64,000 bases of DNA. Origin: a virus (Duplodnaviria; Heunggongvirae; Uroviricota; Caudoviricetes). Location of the stretch: IMG/VR virus record IMGVR_UViG_3300028048_000122, one strand, 5' to 3'. Below are positions 36,472 through 45,905 of this stretch, one piece after another. How positions within the stretch are numbered: position 1 is the first letter of the stretch; each line of letters opens with the position of its first letter. Position numbers and translations under genes: made by a program. The notes under the pieces are model-generated. The model did not search any database. It worked only from the letters and a program-made list of their open reading frames with translations, and was not told the origin of the DNA.

Positions 36472-37200
36472 ATGGATAATGAGGAGAAAATCCTGGAGCT
36501 TGTTAAAGCGGCGAACCCGGAGAATCCTATCGAATACGTAGATTCTATCGTGCGTCCGTATGCAAGAGCCAAACTGGATAATCTGCTGACAAATTGTCGG
36601 GATTGCCCGGCATGCCAACACAATATAAGGTCTTTGTCTTATGGCGATGATCAGGCCGCGGTGATGATTATTAATGAAGGGATTTATGAGAGCCAGTTAA
36701 ACGGCGACGAAATCATTTATCCGCTAAGAGGTACTCCCGAGATGGAATTGTTGGACACGCTCATCGAGAGCTGTCACGTTAATCCTCGGCAACTCTTTTG
36801 GATGAATGCCGTCAACTGCTATACCTGCAATAAAACGGGTAACGTATTGACGGAAAGGGCTCCTAACAGGCGCGAAGCGGAATGCTGCCGCGGCTTTATC
36901 GAGAGAGCCATTGAAATCATACGCCCCGTAATGGTCATCCTGCTCGGCAATATACCCTTGAGCCTGTTCTTGAGAGGTAAAACCATCGCTGAAATGCATG
37001 GACAGATTGTAGAGGTACATGGCGTAACAGCCATACCGCTATATTCCCCGCATAAGTTAATTCAAATGCGGGAAGACGAAGATCAGTTAGAAGACCTGAT
37101 TGAACAGTATGAAACAGAATTCTGTGAAGACTTCAAAAAGGCCTTTAAGTACATTCAAGATAACTATGGAGGAAATGTGGTATTGGAGCCACTTTCGTGA
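36472..37200 (+). CDS. uracil-DNA glycosylase superfamily protein (family 4-like, SPO1 DNA-pol-related domain)
   Basis: Fe-S Cys ligands (C..C...C), GDDQAAVMIINEGIYESQ...CNKTGNVLTERAPNRRE...ILLGNIPL...PHKL pattern. Confidence 0.6.
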   Translation: MDNEEKILELVKAANPENPIEYVDSIVRPYARAKLDNLLTNCRDCPACQHNIRSLSYGDDQAAVMIINEGIYESQLNGDEIIYPLRGTPEMELLDTLIESCHVNPRQLFWMNAVNCYTCNKTGNVLTERAPNRREAECCRGFIERAIEIIRPVMVILLGNIPLSLFLRGKTIAEMHGQIVEVHGVTAIPLYSPHKLIQMREDEDQLEDLIEQYETEFCEDFKKAFKYIQDNYGGNVVLEPLS

Positions 37201-37215
37201 AAGGAGAAATAAATT

Positions 37216-38361
37216 ATGTCATTTCTGGACAACCTGAAAAAGAGAAAAGCCGAAGAAGCCGCTGCCGCCGCTCAGCAGGAAGCACCCGCAAAGAAGGTTA
37301 ACCCGCTCGCCGCTTTGAAAGCCAAGGCTAAGAAGACAGAGGAAGCTCCGGCTGAAGAAGCGCCGAAAAAGAATTCGATTCTTGAACGTATGAAGGCCAA
37401 GAGAAAAGCCGAGGCTGCCGCCACGGAAGAAGCTCCGGCCGAAGAAACCAAGGAAGTTAAGCGTCTTTCCTTGCAGGAACAGGCAGAAGCCGTAGTAGCC
37501 GAAAAACTGGCCAGTAAATCCGTTCCCGCTGACGGAGAAGATCCTGCTGTAGCCGACGCGGAAAATGAAGCGGATAAGAAGGCGGAAGAAACTGAGCAGG
37601 CTGAAGCTGCCGTAGCTGAAACCGAAGAAGCCAAGAAGGCTGAAGCTGAAGAAACCAAGGAAGAAACCGAGGAAGAAGTCAAGGAAGAGACTAAGGAAGA
37701 AGCTACGGCTGAAGAAGAGCCGGAAGAAAAGCCGAAGAAACGTCGTCGCCGTAAGACCGCTGCCAAAAAGGAAGAAGAAGAGGAAGCTTCCGCAGAACCC
37801 GCCAAGAAAGCGGACGTTAAGGTTCATGAGTACGTGAACAACTACGATATCCTGGGGAAAAAGGTTTCTTATGAACAGATGGCCGGCGCCGTAATGGATT
37901 ATTTCATTGATGATGAATGGAAAGCTACGCAGGAAGAGCTGACCAAGAAGATGAATGATATCCGTATCGAGCCTGACATGAATCCTGGTACGCTCAAGTA
38001 TGCCTTGGCTGAGCTCAATAACCTGAACGACGAAATCGCTCTGGCTCTTATCGAACAGAAACAGCTCCTGGATACCTTGACGGACAAGGAATTTGGCGCT
38101 GCTACGGCCCTCCTGGCCATGAATTCTCGTGGCTCTAATGCTGAAGAGCGTAAAGCCAATGGCTTCGCAGCACTCCAGCATGCCAAATTCGGCGACGACG
38201 AAGAAGTGAATCTCATCGCGCTCATTAATGCGGTAAAGGCACGCTTCGCATTCCTTAATAGCCTGTCCAAACGCATTCAGTATAAGAGCAATACCTGCAT
38301 TACCATGAGCGGCGCCATGAAAATGGAACAGTCTCTCATGACTGGCGCAGGCGTAGCGTAA
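37216..38361 (+). CDS. highly acidic/lysine-rich low-complexity protein with globular C-terminal domain
   Basis: About 180 aa of A/E/K/P repeats, then a 180-aa structured region; antisense ORF 37219..38436 is an artefact. Confidence 0.5.
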   Translation: MSFLDNLKKRKAEEAAAAAQQEAPAKKVNPLAALKAKAKKTEEAPAEEAPKKNSILERMKAKRKAEAAATEEAPAEETKEVKRLSLQEQAEAVVAEKLASKSVPADGEDPAVADAENEADKKAEETEQAEAAVAETEEAKKAEAEETKEETEEEVKEETKEEATAEEEPEEKPKKRRRRKTAAKKEEEEEASAEPAKKADVKVHEYVNNYDILGKKVSYEQMAGAVMDYFIDDEWKATQEELTKKMNDIRIEPDMNPGTLKYALAELNNLNDEIALALIEQKQLLDTLTDKEFGAATALLAMNSRGSNAEERKANGFAALQHAKFGDDEEVNLIALINAVKARFAFLNSLSKRIQYKSNTCITMSGAMKMEQSLMTGAGVA

Positions 38362-38377
38362 AGAAAGGAACAAGTAT

Positions 38378-39037
38378 ATGCTGAAAGAAATTTCCGAAGA
38401 GTTCGTGAAGGGGGTCAACGCCCCCTTAGATCCCACGCTTATCCGTAAGAATTATGGCGGCGAGAAATACATCACGGGTTATACCGTGGTGCGCCTGCTT
38501 AACAAGCTGACCAACGGCGCCTGGGATTTTACCATCGACAAAACCTGGGTCGAGAAATGTACCGATAAGAAGGGCGAGCATGATATCTATCATATGGATA
38601 TCACCCTGAATTGCTACTTCGATGATGGCCACGGGAATCAGCTCAAGCTCAGCAAGACTGGCACGGCTGGCAAGGTACTGGAAAATGGCGCCAAGAATGC
38701 TTCCAATATCTATAAGTCCTTGGAGACTTTGGCTCTTCGCAAGGCCGCCAGCTATTTCGGCGTCGGCGCTGAGCTTTGGCTTAACGAGGATGAAGTGGAT
38801 TACTTCGAACAGGAAGATATCGAACCGATATGGACCGACGAACTTCTGAAGGAGCACGAAGAAACCTGGAATACCATCGGTAACATTCAGAATACCTGCG
38901 AGCTTAGCGACGAAGAGATGAACGACCTGGTTGCCAGCTGGAATTCCGCGTACAAGTCGCTGGATATGATTCAGCCTCAGGATTTGGCCAAGTTCGCGGA
39001 CTTCCTGAACGCGCAGCTTAACGACGGAGCAGCATAA
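38378..39037 (+). CDS. Rad52/Sak-like single-strand annealing protein (tentative)
   Basis: YITGYTVVRLLNKLTNGAWDFTI resembles Rad52-family core Y..G..V...LN..FG..GWS. Confidence 0.4.
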   Translation: MLKEISEEFVKGVNAPLDPTLIRKNYGGEKYITGYTVVRLLNKLTNGAWDFTIDKTWVEKCTDKKGEHDIYHMDITLNCYFDDGHGNQLKLSKTGTAGKVLENGAKNASNIYKSLETLALRKAASYFGVGAELWLNEDEVDYFEQEDIEPIWTDELLKEHEETWNTIGNIQNTCELSDEEMNDLVASWNSAYKSLDMIQPQDLAKFADFLNAQLNDGAA

Positions 39038-39038
39038 C

Positions 39039-39245
39039 ATGGCCATGTTCTTTTCGGACGCTCAGCTTAGATGTCCCAAGTGCGGCGGCACTTTAATGCA
39101 TCGCCGCACTTCCGGCACTTATGAGCAGGATACAAAAGATAAGACGGTCTGGGTATTTTCGCCCGTCAGTCAGGAAATCGTATGCTCTTCCTGCGGCGCG
39201 GTAGCGAAGACGTTAGACCCGTTAGAAAGTACTAGAGGGGATTGA
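39039..39245 (+). CDS. small Zn-ribbon protein (CPKCGG...CSSCG)
   Basis: Two CxxC pairs. Confidence 0.45.
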   Translation: MAMFFSDAQLRCPKCGGTLMHRRTSGTYEQDTKDKTVWVFSPVSQEIVCSSCGAVAKTLDPLESTRGD

Positions 39246-39252
39246 AAAAACA

Positions 39253-39885
39253 GTGGACACGCTTAAGATTTTCAACGTAAAGTGGACATCGAAAAGCGCT
39301 GGCCCTTCTCTTGATAGTAACCGCCGGACAGAAATTTTTCTGGCCGGCTGCCGAAAAGCCAGAGAAGGACACGCTTGTCCCGGATGTTTTAATAAGGAGT
39401 TATGGAGTAAGGATGTCTATTACGGCTCCGATTCTCCAGCTGAAGCTTTTAAGAATATAAAAGCGCACGCTCCTAATAAATACATCACATTCGTAGGCGG
39501 CGAACCGTTGGATCAGGCAGAACCACTGTCTGAACTTTGCCGCCTGCTTCACGAAGATGGTTTTCATATCATCGTGATTACCCATTTTAAAGCACGGGAC
39601 ATTTTGTCCAGTGCTAGAGTTATCCCGTACATGGAAGTCTTAACCAATAACATAGACGTTATCATTGACGGCGAATATCGTGCCGATGACCGCATTTGGG
39701 ACGAAGAAAAAGCCGGCGACGGCCTGCATGACGTAATCGGATCCGGCAATCAGTGTGTAGTGGACTTAAAAGCCCGCCGTGAAGGGCATCCGGATTTCAT
39801 TACGTATGCCGGCAACCTTGAAGGACTTGCTATGAACGTAAATAACGATATGGTATACATACTTAAAGACGGAAAGGAATGGTAA
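39253..39885 (+). CDS. NrdG-like 4Fe-4S single-cluster (radical-SAM activase-like) protein
   Basis: FLAGC-x7-C-x2-C-FN...W and TFVGGEPLDQ resemble anaerobic RNR activase family; second family member in window (see 55039). Confidence 0.45.
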   Translation: MDTLKIFNVKWTSKSAGPSLDSNRRTEIFLAGCRKAREGHACPGCFNKELWSKDVYYGSDSPAEAFKNIKAHAPNKYITFVGGEPLDQAEPLSELCRLLHEDGFHIIVITHFKARDILSSARVIPYMEVLTNNIDVIIDGEYRADDRIWDEEKAGDGLHDVIGSGNQCVVDLKARREGHPDFITYAGNLEGLAMNVNNDMVYILKDGKEW

Positions 39886-39892
39886 ATAAAAA

Positions 39893-40684
39893 ATGGCACG
39901 ACTTATTAAACGTTTTACGGGCAGTGCTATTAGCCACCTGTCCGGCATCGATAATTTGGATATTATATCAGATGATTTTAACTTGGCAGAAGCTCACGCA
40001 TTCACGTTGAATTATCTGACCGAAGATGGTTTTACCTCATCGGCGATTCCTTACTATGTCGAGATTCAATGCTCGGATAAAAAACCGGGTATCACCATGA
40101 AGATACGTGATACCGACATCTTCGTTACGATAGATGAAAAGGATGCGGCGGAACAGATCGTATCCGAGCTTTCAGATAGTCAGGCAAGCCTGTGGGCATC
40201 TGATTATATCTACCATTATGCTCAGGTACTCGGCGATATGTATGCAGCAACTTTGCTCGAGAAAGAAAAGATACTGTATCAGGGTTGCTATTTCGATTGC
40301 CCGACCATATATATTAACGATGTCCCCATCATGATTGCGCGCAAAGCGCGGTCTTATACGGCCGACGACGAAGAGAGAGCCATTATACTGGAAGATACCG
40401 TATCCATACTCGAGAATATGACGGGAAATACCCCCATGCAGCTTCGTATGGATTCGACCAATTATACATGGATCATCGACAATATCAGAATCGTCCATAA
40501 TACCGATACGAAAGTTGGTTACGTAACCGCCGGTAAGATAAATACGGTTCAACCCAAAGAACAAATGACCAACGGTATTCCCGCCGATATCTTTAACGCC
40601 AGCGACGAAGAAGTGAAAGCATATCTTCGTCAGAAGAGCATTATACAGGAAGACAACACCTTTGACGATATAGACTTGTTCTAA
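39893..40684 (+). CDS. hypothetical protein (263 aa)
   Basis: ORF. Confidence 0.5.
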   Translation: MARLIKRFTGSAISHLSGIDNLDIISDDFNLAEAHAFTLNYLTEDGFTSSAIPYYVEIQCSDKKPGITMKIRDTDIFVTIDEKDAAEQIVSELSDSQASLWASDYIYHYAQVLGDMYAATLLEKEKILYQGCYFDCPTIYINDVPIMIARKARSYTADDEERAIILEDTVSILENMTGNTPMQLRMDSTNYTWIIDNIRIVHNTDTKVGYVTAGKINTVQPKEQMTNGIPADIFNASDEEVKAYLRQKSIIQEDNTFDDIDLF

Positions 40685-40704
40685 CGAAGGAAAAGAGGAA
40701 AGAA

Positions 40705-42318
40705 ATGAGAAGCAGTATTGCCGAGGACTTAAAGGTCCTCTTAAAAGCCAAAATAGATTGCGTATGGATTCAGACGCACGAGGAGAAGGAAGTATTGGAT
40801 GACCTCCGCGAACTCCTGTCTCAGGAGGATAAACTCAGCGACATGAACATTCAGCTGTGGTCACGTACGGAAGGCGTAACTACGGTTCCGGTATTTTCTT
40901 ATCAACCGAAAGGGGAACCTGACGCCAAATTAAAAGAACCGCCAGCACTTTTCAGCAAGATTCGCTATGAGCAGACGGATCAGGCCGGTTCTCCTAATAT
41001 CTGGATTCTTCGTGATTTCCATACGGTTATCACGGATCCTAAGGTGCAGCGTTTTGTTCGCGACCTGAAGGAATATAAGAGCAGTCATTATAACCCGCTG
41101 GTAGTAATTTCGCCGGCCATGGAGATTCCGTCCGACGTGGCGCGTCTCTTCCGCGTAATCGAATATGGTTTGCCGACCGAAGAAACTGTGCGCCGCATGG
41201 TTATCACGGCTAACGATAAACTGGCACGTTCGGCTACTCCCGACAACGACGTCCACGTGTGCGACAGCGATGAACTGATTGCCGTTACCCGCGCCTGTAT
41301 GGGGCTTACGGTAAAAGAAATCAGTATGGCACTCAACGAGAGTATGGTCCGTTACCATGCGCTTGATCTGGATTTCTTGTCCCGTAATAAGATCGAACTG
41401 GTTAAGAAGACGGGTGTACTGGATTACAAGATTCCCAACGTTACCTTCGCCGATATCGGCGGCAATGAAGCTATTAAAGCTTGGTTGTTAGAAGCTAAAG
41501 GAGCATTCAGCGACGAAGCTCGCGCATTCGGCGTAGAGAAACCGAAAGGCTATATGAGCGTAGGCGTCCCCGGGGCCGGCAAAACTTTGTTGGCTAACGT
41601 GTTCGCTAATGAACTTCACGTCCCCCTGCTTGAATTTTCGATGAGTAAGGTAATGAATAAACTTGTCGGCGAAAGTGAGCGTAAAATCGATCACGCGTTA
41701 CAGGTGGCACAAGCATGCGCCCCGTGTATCTTGCTGTTTGATGAAGTAGAAAAATGTCTGGTCGGAAATTCTCAAAGTGACGGCGGCGTTACCAATCGTA
41801 TCCTCCAGTCTATCCTGAAGTTCATGAATGATAACGATAGCGGCGTATACGTGGTAATGACCTCTAACGACGTGTCCCAATTGCCGCCGGAATTTACTCG
41901 TGCGGGCCGACTAGATGCAACCTGGTACTTTGGCTTGCCTAATGCTACGGAACGTGAAGCTATCTTCAAGGTACATTTCGGCCACAAGAACAAGACTGTG
42001 GGCGACGTTATCCTCAAGAGAGCCGTAGCAGCCACTAAAGGATATACCGGCGCCGAAATTCAGCAAGTCGTTAAGAATACCATGATTAAGGCTTTCCAGC
42101 GTTATAAAGAAGACGGCAATGCTAATATCACGGTAGATGACGTAGTGGCTGCCGCAGCAGAAGTTATTCCGGTATCGCAGTCTTCCCGCGAGAAAATCGC
42201 GGCGCTGGAAAACTATTGCCGTACCCGTGCCCGCTTCGCTTCCGGTATCGTCGACACGCCGCAGAAGGAGCAGGAAGAAGAATCCGATGAAGAAGGGTTC
42301 CTCTTGGATCTGAACTAA
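40705..42318 (+). CDS. AAA+ ATPase (classic AAA, C-terminal ATPase domain)
   Basis: Walker A GVPGAGKTLLA, Walker B ILLFDEVE, second region of homology; N-terminal substrate domain. Confidence 0.7.
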   Translation: MRSSIAEDLKVLLKAKIDCVWIQTHEEKEVLDDLRELLSQEDKLSDMNIQLWSRTEGVTTVPVFSYQPKGEPDAKLKEPPALFSKIRYEQTDQAGSPNIWILRDFHTVITDPKVQRFVRDLKEYKSSHYNPLVVISPAMEIPSDVARLFRVIEYGLPTEETVRRMVITANDKLARSATPDNDVHVCDSDELIAVTRACMGLTVKEISMALNESMVRYHALDLDFLSRNKIELVKKTGVLDYKIPNVTFADIGGNEAIKAWLLEAKGAFSDEARAFGVEKPKGYMSVGVPGAGKTLLANVFANELHVPLLEFSMSKVMNKLVGESERKIDHALQVAQACAPCILLFDEVEKCLVGNSQSDGGVTNRILQSILKFMNDNDSGVYVVMTSNDVSQLPPEFTRAGRLDATWYFGLPNATEREAIFKVHFGHKNKTVGDVILKRAVAATKGYTGAEIQQVVKNTMIKAFQRYKEDGNANITVDDVVAAAAEVIPVSQSSREKIAALENYCRTRARFASGIVDTPQKEQEEESDEEGFLLDLN

Positions 42319-42334
42319 GGGAAAGGATAAGGAT

Positions 42335-43228
42335 ATGTTAGAATGCATCACCGTACCGCATGAAAAACATCCAGTCCGAGTCGCCGATATTAACGGCGAA
42401 AGATGGATTGTCGTAGCCGATCTTCTTAAAGGACTGGGCATTAATGCCAAGCTCGCGGGACGTACGATACAATGTGTCCCGTCAACGATGAAAAGGCAGG
42501 AACTGATCAGAGGTAACAGCAGTGGCCAGAAGGCATACCTCCTGCACTATAAAGGCTGCAAAGGTCTGCTAAAGATCTACAAGAATCATAAGAATGCCGA
42601 TTTCATTGACTGGATAGAAAAAGAAGTTCTCGTAGCTGATATTAAGGCTGAGCCCACAACAGAAGCAGTCGAAATCAAAACGGAAGAAACGACGCCGATT
42701 AAAATCAATAATACTGACTTCGACCTTAAAAGCCTTGAAAAAGTCTTGGCCGACAATCAGCAATTGGCCGCGACGCTAATCGAAAAATTAGCTCAGGTTA
42801 ACACACCGGCCGACAATGAAACCGTTAATAAACTTGATCCGTATGAAGGAGATAAGATTTATTACCTGCCGGCAAAGCGGAGCAAATGGCGCCTCTGGAT
42901 CAACCGTGTCGTAGACAAACTGGCTATTAAATACAGTAGTGAGCAGGGAGATGCACGTATCGCCGCGGGTAAAATCTGGAACGCGCTTTACGCCCATATC
43001 GAGCAGGAGTTTGATTTTAAAGTCAAGGAAATGATTAGGGAATTTAATTCTACGGCGAGCCGCAGGAATCATATTAAATCCCGCTTGGCATTAGTGGACC
43101 ATAACGACGCGTGGATGATGTCCATGCTGAAACATGCGTATGACATGGCCGTTAACGCCGAAGTATCATTGCCCAATGACTTTGAATTGGTAAAGGTTGT
43201 TACACCCACAAAACGGTGTTCAGCATAA
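42335..43228 (+). CDS. Bro-N domain protein (phage antirepressor-like)
   Basis: N-terminus VRVADINGERWIVVADLLKGLGI...AYLLHYKGCKGLLKIYKNHKNADFIDWI matches Bro-N. Confidence 0.6.
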   Translation: MLECITVPHEKHPVRVADINGERWIVVADLLKGLGINAKLAGRTIQCVPSTMKRQELIRGNSSGQKAYLLHYKGCKGLLKIYKNHKNADFIDWIEKEVLVADIKAEPTTEAVEIKTEETTPIKINNTDFDLKSLEKVLADNQQLAATLIEKLAQVNTPADNETVNKLDPYEGDKIYYLPAKRSKWRLWINRVVDKLAIKYSSEQGDARIAAGKIWNALYAHIEQEFDFKVKEMIREFNSTASRRNHIKSRLALVDHNDAWMMSMLKHAYDMAVNAEVSLPNDFELVKVVTPTKRCSA

Positions 43229-43268
43229 TAGAAGTATTAACGTAGAGACAAGAAAGGAAAGATGTATC

Positions 43269-43673
43269 ATGTCTTGCTGGAGAAGTTACACTTGCGATGT
43301 ATTGAAGAACGTTGACAAAAGCATCGTAGAAGAAGCCCTGAAGGAAATGAATGTTGGTCTGGACACGTCCCAGACTCGTGTGTATGGTCGTTACGAGAAC
43401 CGTAGCAGCGAATGTGACGGTCTGCTGATGCTCAACGGCGAAGCTATCGATGTCGGCATCGTATTCAACGACGAGACCGGCCACCTGCAGCTCGTGGGCG
43501 ACTTCTGGGGTACCGGTCTTGATGCCCAGGAATTCCAGGACAGCCTGTCCCAGACGTATCAGAAGATCAACATCATGCACCAGGCAGAACTCAATGGCTG
43601 GACGGTAGATGAAGAATCTATCGAAACCTGCGCCGACGGTTCCGTGGAGATGGAAGTTTACATGTACGCCTAA
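43269..43673 (+). CDS. hypothetical protein
   Basis: AAGAAAGGAAAG RBS. Confidence 0.5.
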   Translation: MSCWRSYTCDVLKNVDKSIVEEALKEMNVGLDTSQTRVYGRYENRSSECDGLLMLNGEAIDVGIVFNDETGHLQLVGDFWGTGLDAQEFQDSLSQTYQKINIMHQAELNGWTVDEESIETCADGSVEMEVYMYA

Positions 43674-43686
43674 TCAAAAGGTAACG

Positions 43687-43720
43687 CGGGCGGCATTCAT
43701 ATGTCGCCCGTTATTTTTTA
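43687..43720 (+). terminator. intrinsic terminator
   Basis: CGGGCG-12nt-CGCCCG followed by TTATTTTTTA. Confidence 0.55.
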
Positions 43721-43742
43721 TGTAAGCAAGGAGAGATTTGTA

Positions 43743-43943
43743 ATGGAAAAACGTATTAAGATTAAAATCGATAAAAAAGGTAACGTTAACGCTCGCACTT
43801 TGGAAGGCTTCGAAGGAGAAAACTGCCATGAAGCAGTGGACGTAGTATTGGCTACTATTAACGGCACCGGCATGAAACAGGGTGCTACGGATGATGCCGA
43901 TAAGACGCCGGATATGCCGCAGTTCATTAGTGGATTGAATTAA
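43743..43943 (+). CDS. hypothetical small protein
   Basis: AAGGAGAG RBS. Confidence 0.45.
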   Translation: MEKRIKIKIDKKGNVNARTLEGFEGENCHEAVDVVLATINGTGMKQGATDDADKTPDMPQFISGLN

Positions 43944-43956
43944 GGAGGCTGGCTCA

Positions 43957-45885
43957 TTGAGTGCTACAACAGCTTTGGTAGAGCAGAAGGAACAGGAAAT
44001 CTTGGCGCCGCTCAATGAGCAGCAGCGACTGCCCGCTCAAGACTTTAAGGGTTCCATGATTGTGTTGGCCGGTGCAGGTAGCGGCAAGACGGCTACCGTA
44101 GTTGCCCGCACAAAAAACATGATTAATCATGGTATTGATCCCTACAGTATTTTACTGTTTACTTTTACTCGTAAAGGCGCTGATGAAATACGGGAACGTA
44201 TCATCGCCGGAGTAGGAGAAGCGGGAAAACATGTTACCATGGGAACCTATCACAGTTTTTGTGCGCGATTGTTGCGTCGGCATATCGAAAAGTTTGAGAT
44301 ATGGAATAAACATTTCACTATCTTTGATTCAGAAGACAGTCAGAAGCTAATAAGCGAAGTATTATCTGATTACAAGGAAGATAATGACTTGGAAGTAAAA
44401 GCTCCTGCCGCCGCGAAAACCATTTCCCGTTGGAAAGAACGTATGTGGTCGCCCGTAGAAGCCGAAGAAAAGGCTCAGAATAGTTACGAAAAACTGGTCG
44501 CAAAAATCTATAACGAATACGCCAAACGTTTGCGCGAAAATAACGCTATGGATTTCGACGATTTAATTTATTTTACTATTCGCTTGTTCGAACGTTTTCC
44601 TGAAGTAAAAGCGGCAGTTAATAAACGCTGGAAATATATCACGGCAGACGAATCTCAAGACAGCAGCCCCAGAGATCTTGAATTATTGTATCATCTGGGT
44701 GGTTCTGAAATGAACATTTGTCTCGTCGGCGACGATTTCCAAGCCATATATGGCTTCCGTGGCGCCGATATTGATGCCTTCTTCTATTTTGTAGATGAAC
44801 TTAATCTTAAGAAATATGAATTGGGCCGCAACTATCGTTCCACTCAGACCGTAGTTAATGCGGCAGCTTCCTTAATAGCCAAGAATGAAAACCAATTTTC
44901 CAAGAATGTCTTCTCAAAGAATCCCGTAGGTATGCCTATCGTATCTTACACTATGCGTACTCAGAAAGCTGAAGCGCAAAGAGTAGTGCAGATCGTTAAG
45001 GCCATGTTTAAACGGGGAGTTGACGCTAAAGAAATCGCCGTTCTCTATCGCATGTCTTTCCTGTCTCGGGCCGTAGAAGAAGAATTCATGGCAAATTCTA
45101 TTCCGTATCAGATGAAGTCCGGCACGCCATTTTATGCGCGCAAAGAGATAAAAGATCTCTTAGCATATTTGAAGTTTTATCTCAATCCGAGCGATCAATT
45201 ATCGCTTGAGAGAGCCCTTACTCGCCCTAAGAGAGGCATTGGAGAGAAGGCTCTTAACAAAATTTCTTCTTGCCTTTTTAGCGTCGACTGTGATATACTA
45301 TCACTGAAAGATATAGATAGAATCTACAACGAATCTAATTTTGGTTTAAGAGGGAAAGCGAAACAAGGCTGGGAAAACTTCTTTGAGATACTGACACAAA
45401 TAGATAGCTTAAGAGACGATAAGCCCTCAGAGATACTGGAATGTTTGGTAGCTTTAACGGGATATTTAAAATTTATCAAGGATGAAGACCCGGATAGCTT
45501 TGAAGATAGAAAAAGAAATATTGAAGAGCTGTGCAATATCGCGGATACATACGCTGACCTGGAAGACTTCGTAGCTAATATGACACTAAACGAAGCAGAT
45601 CAGTCAGATGAAGCTTTGAACAAGGTAAATCTGATGACAATTCACGGCAGTAAGGGCGGAGAATGGAAGGCAGTCATCGTAATTGGCTGCGCCCAGGGAA
45701 TTCTGCCTCATTGCCGTTCAGACCTTGAAGAAGAGCGACGTCTGATGTATGTGGCTATGACCCGCGCCAAGGAGTACCTTTTCCTCACGCACCCCGAAAC
45801 GATGATGAATCGGGGGCAGATAACACTACAAGAACCGTCTATTTTCCTGAATGAGATAGACCCACAGTACATTAGAAAACAGTAG
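43957..45885 (+). CDS. UvrD/PcrA/Rep-family superfamily-1 DNA helicase
   Basis: Walker A GAGSGKT, motifs II-VI; TTG start after TAAGGAGG; TAG stop. Confidence 0.8.
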   Translation: MSATTALVEQKEQEILAPLNEQQRLPAQDFKGSMIVLAGAGSGKTATVVARTKNMINHGIDPYSILLFTFTRKGADEIRERIIAGVGEAGKHVTMGTYHSFCARLLRRHIEKFEIWNKHFTIFDSEDSQKLISEVLSDYKEDNDLEVKAPAAAKTISRWKERMWSPVEAEEKAQNSYEKLVAKIYNEYAKRLRENNAMDFDDLIYFTIRLFERFPEVKAAVNKRWKYITADESQDSSPRDLELLYHLGGSEMNICLVGDDFQAIYGFRGADIDAFFYFVDELNLKKYELGRNYRSTQTVVNAAASLIAKNENQFSKNVFSKNPVGMPIVSYTMRTQKAEAQRVVQIVKAMFKRGVDAKEIAVLYRMSFLSRAVEEEFMANSIPYQMKSGTPFYARKEIKDLLAYLKFYLNPSDQLSLERALTRPKRGIGEKALNKISSCLFSVDCDILSLKDIDRIYNESNFGLRGKAKQGWENFFEILTQIDSLRDDKPSEILECLVALTGYLKFIKDEDPDSFEDRKRNIEELCNIADTYADLEDFVANMTLNEADQSDEALNKVNLMTIHGSKGGEWKAVIVIGCAQGILPHCRSDLEEERRLMYVAMTRAKEYLFLTHPETMMNRGQITLQEPSIFLNEIDPQYIRKQ

Positions 45886-45905
45886 TGCGGAGAGGAGAGG
45901 CGTCT

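Noticed and set aside
37219-38436. 405-aa minus-strand ORF
   Set aside because: It is exactly antisense to the low-complexity A/E/K-rich + strand gene and its protein is an F/L/S/G-rich repeat artefact. There is no RBS, and all neighbouring genes are on the + strand.
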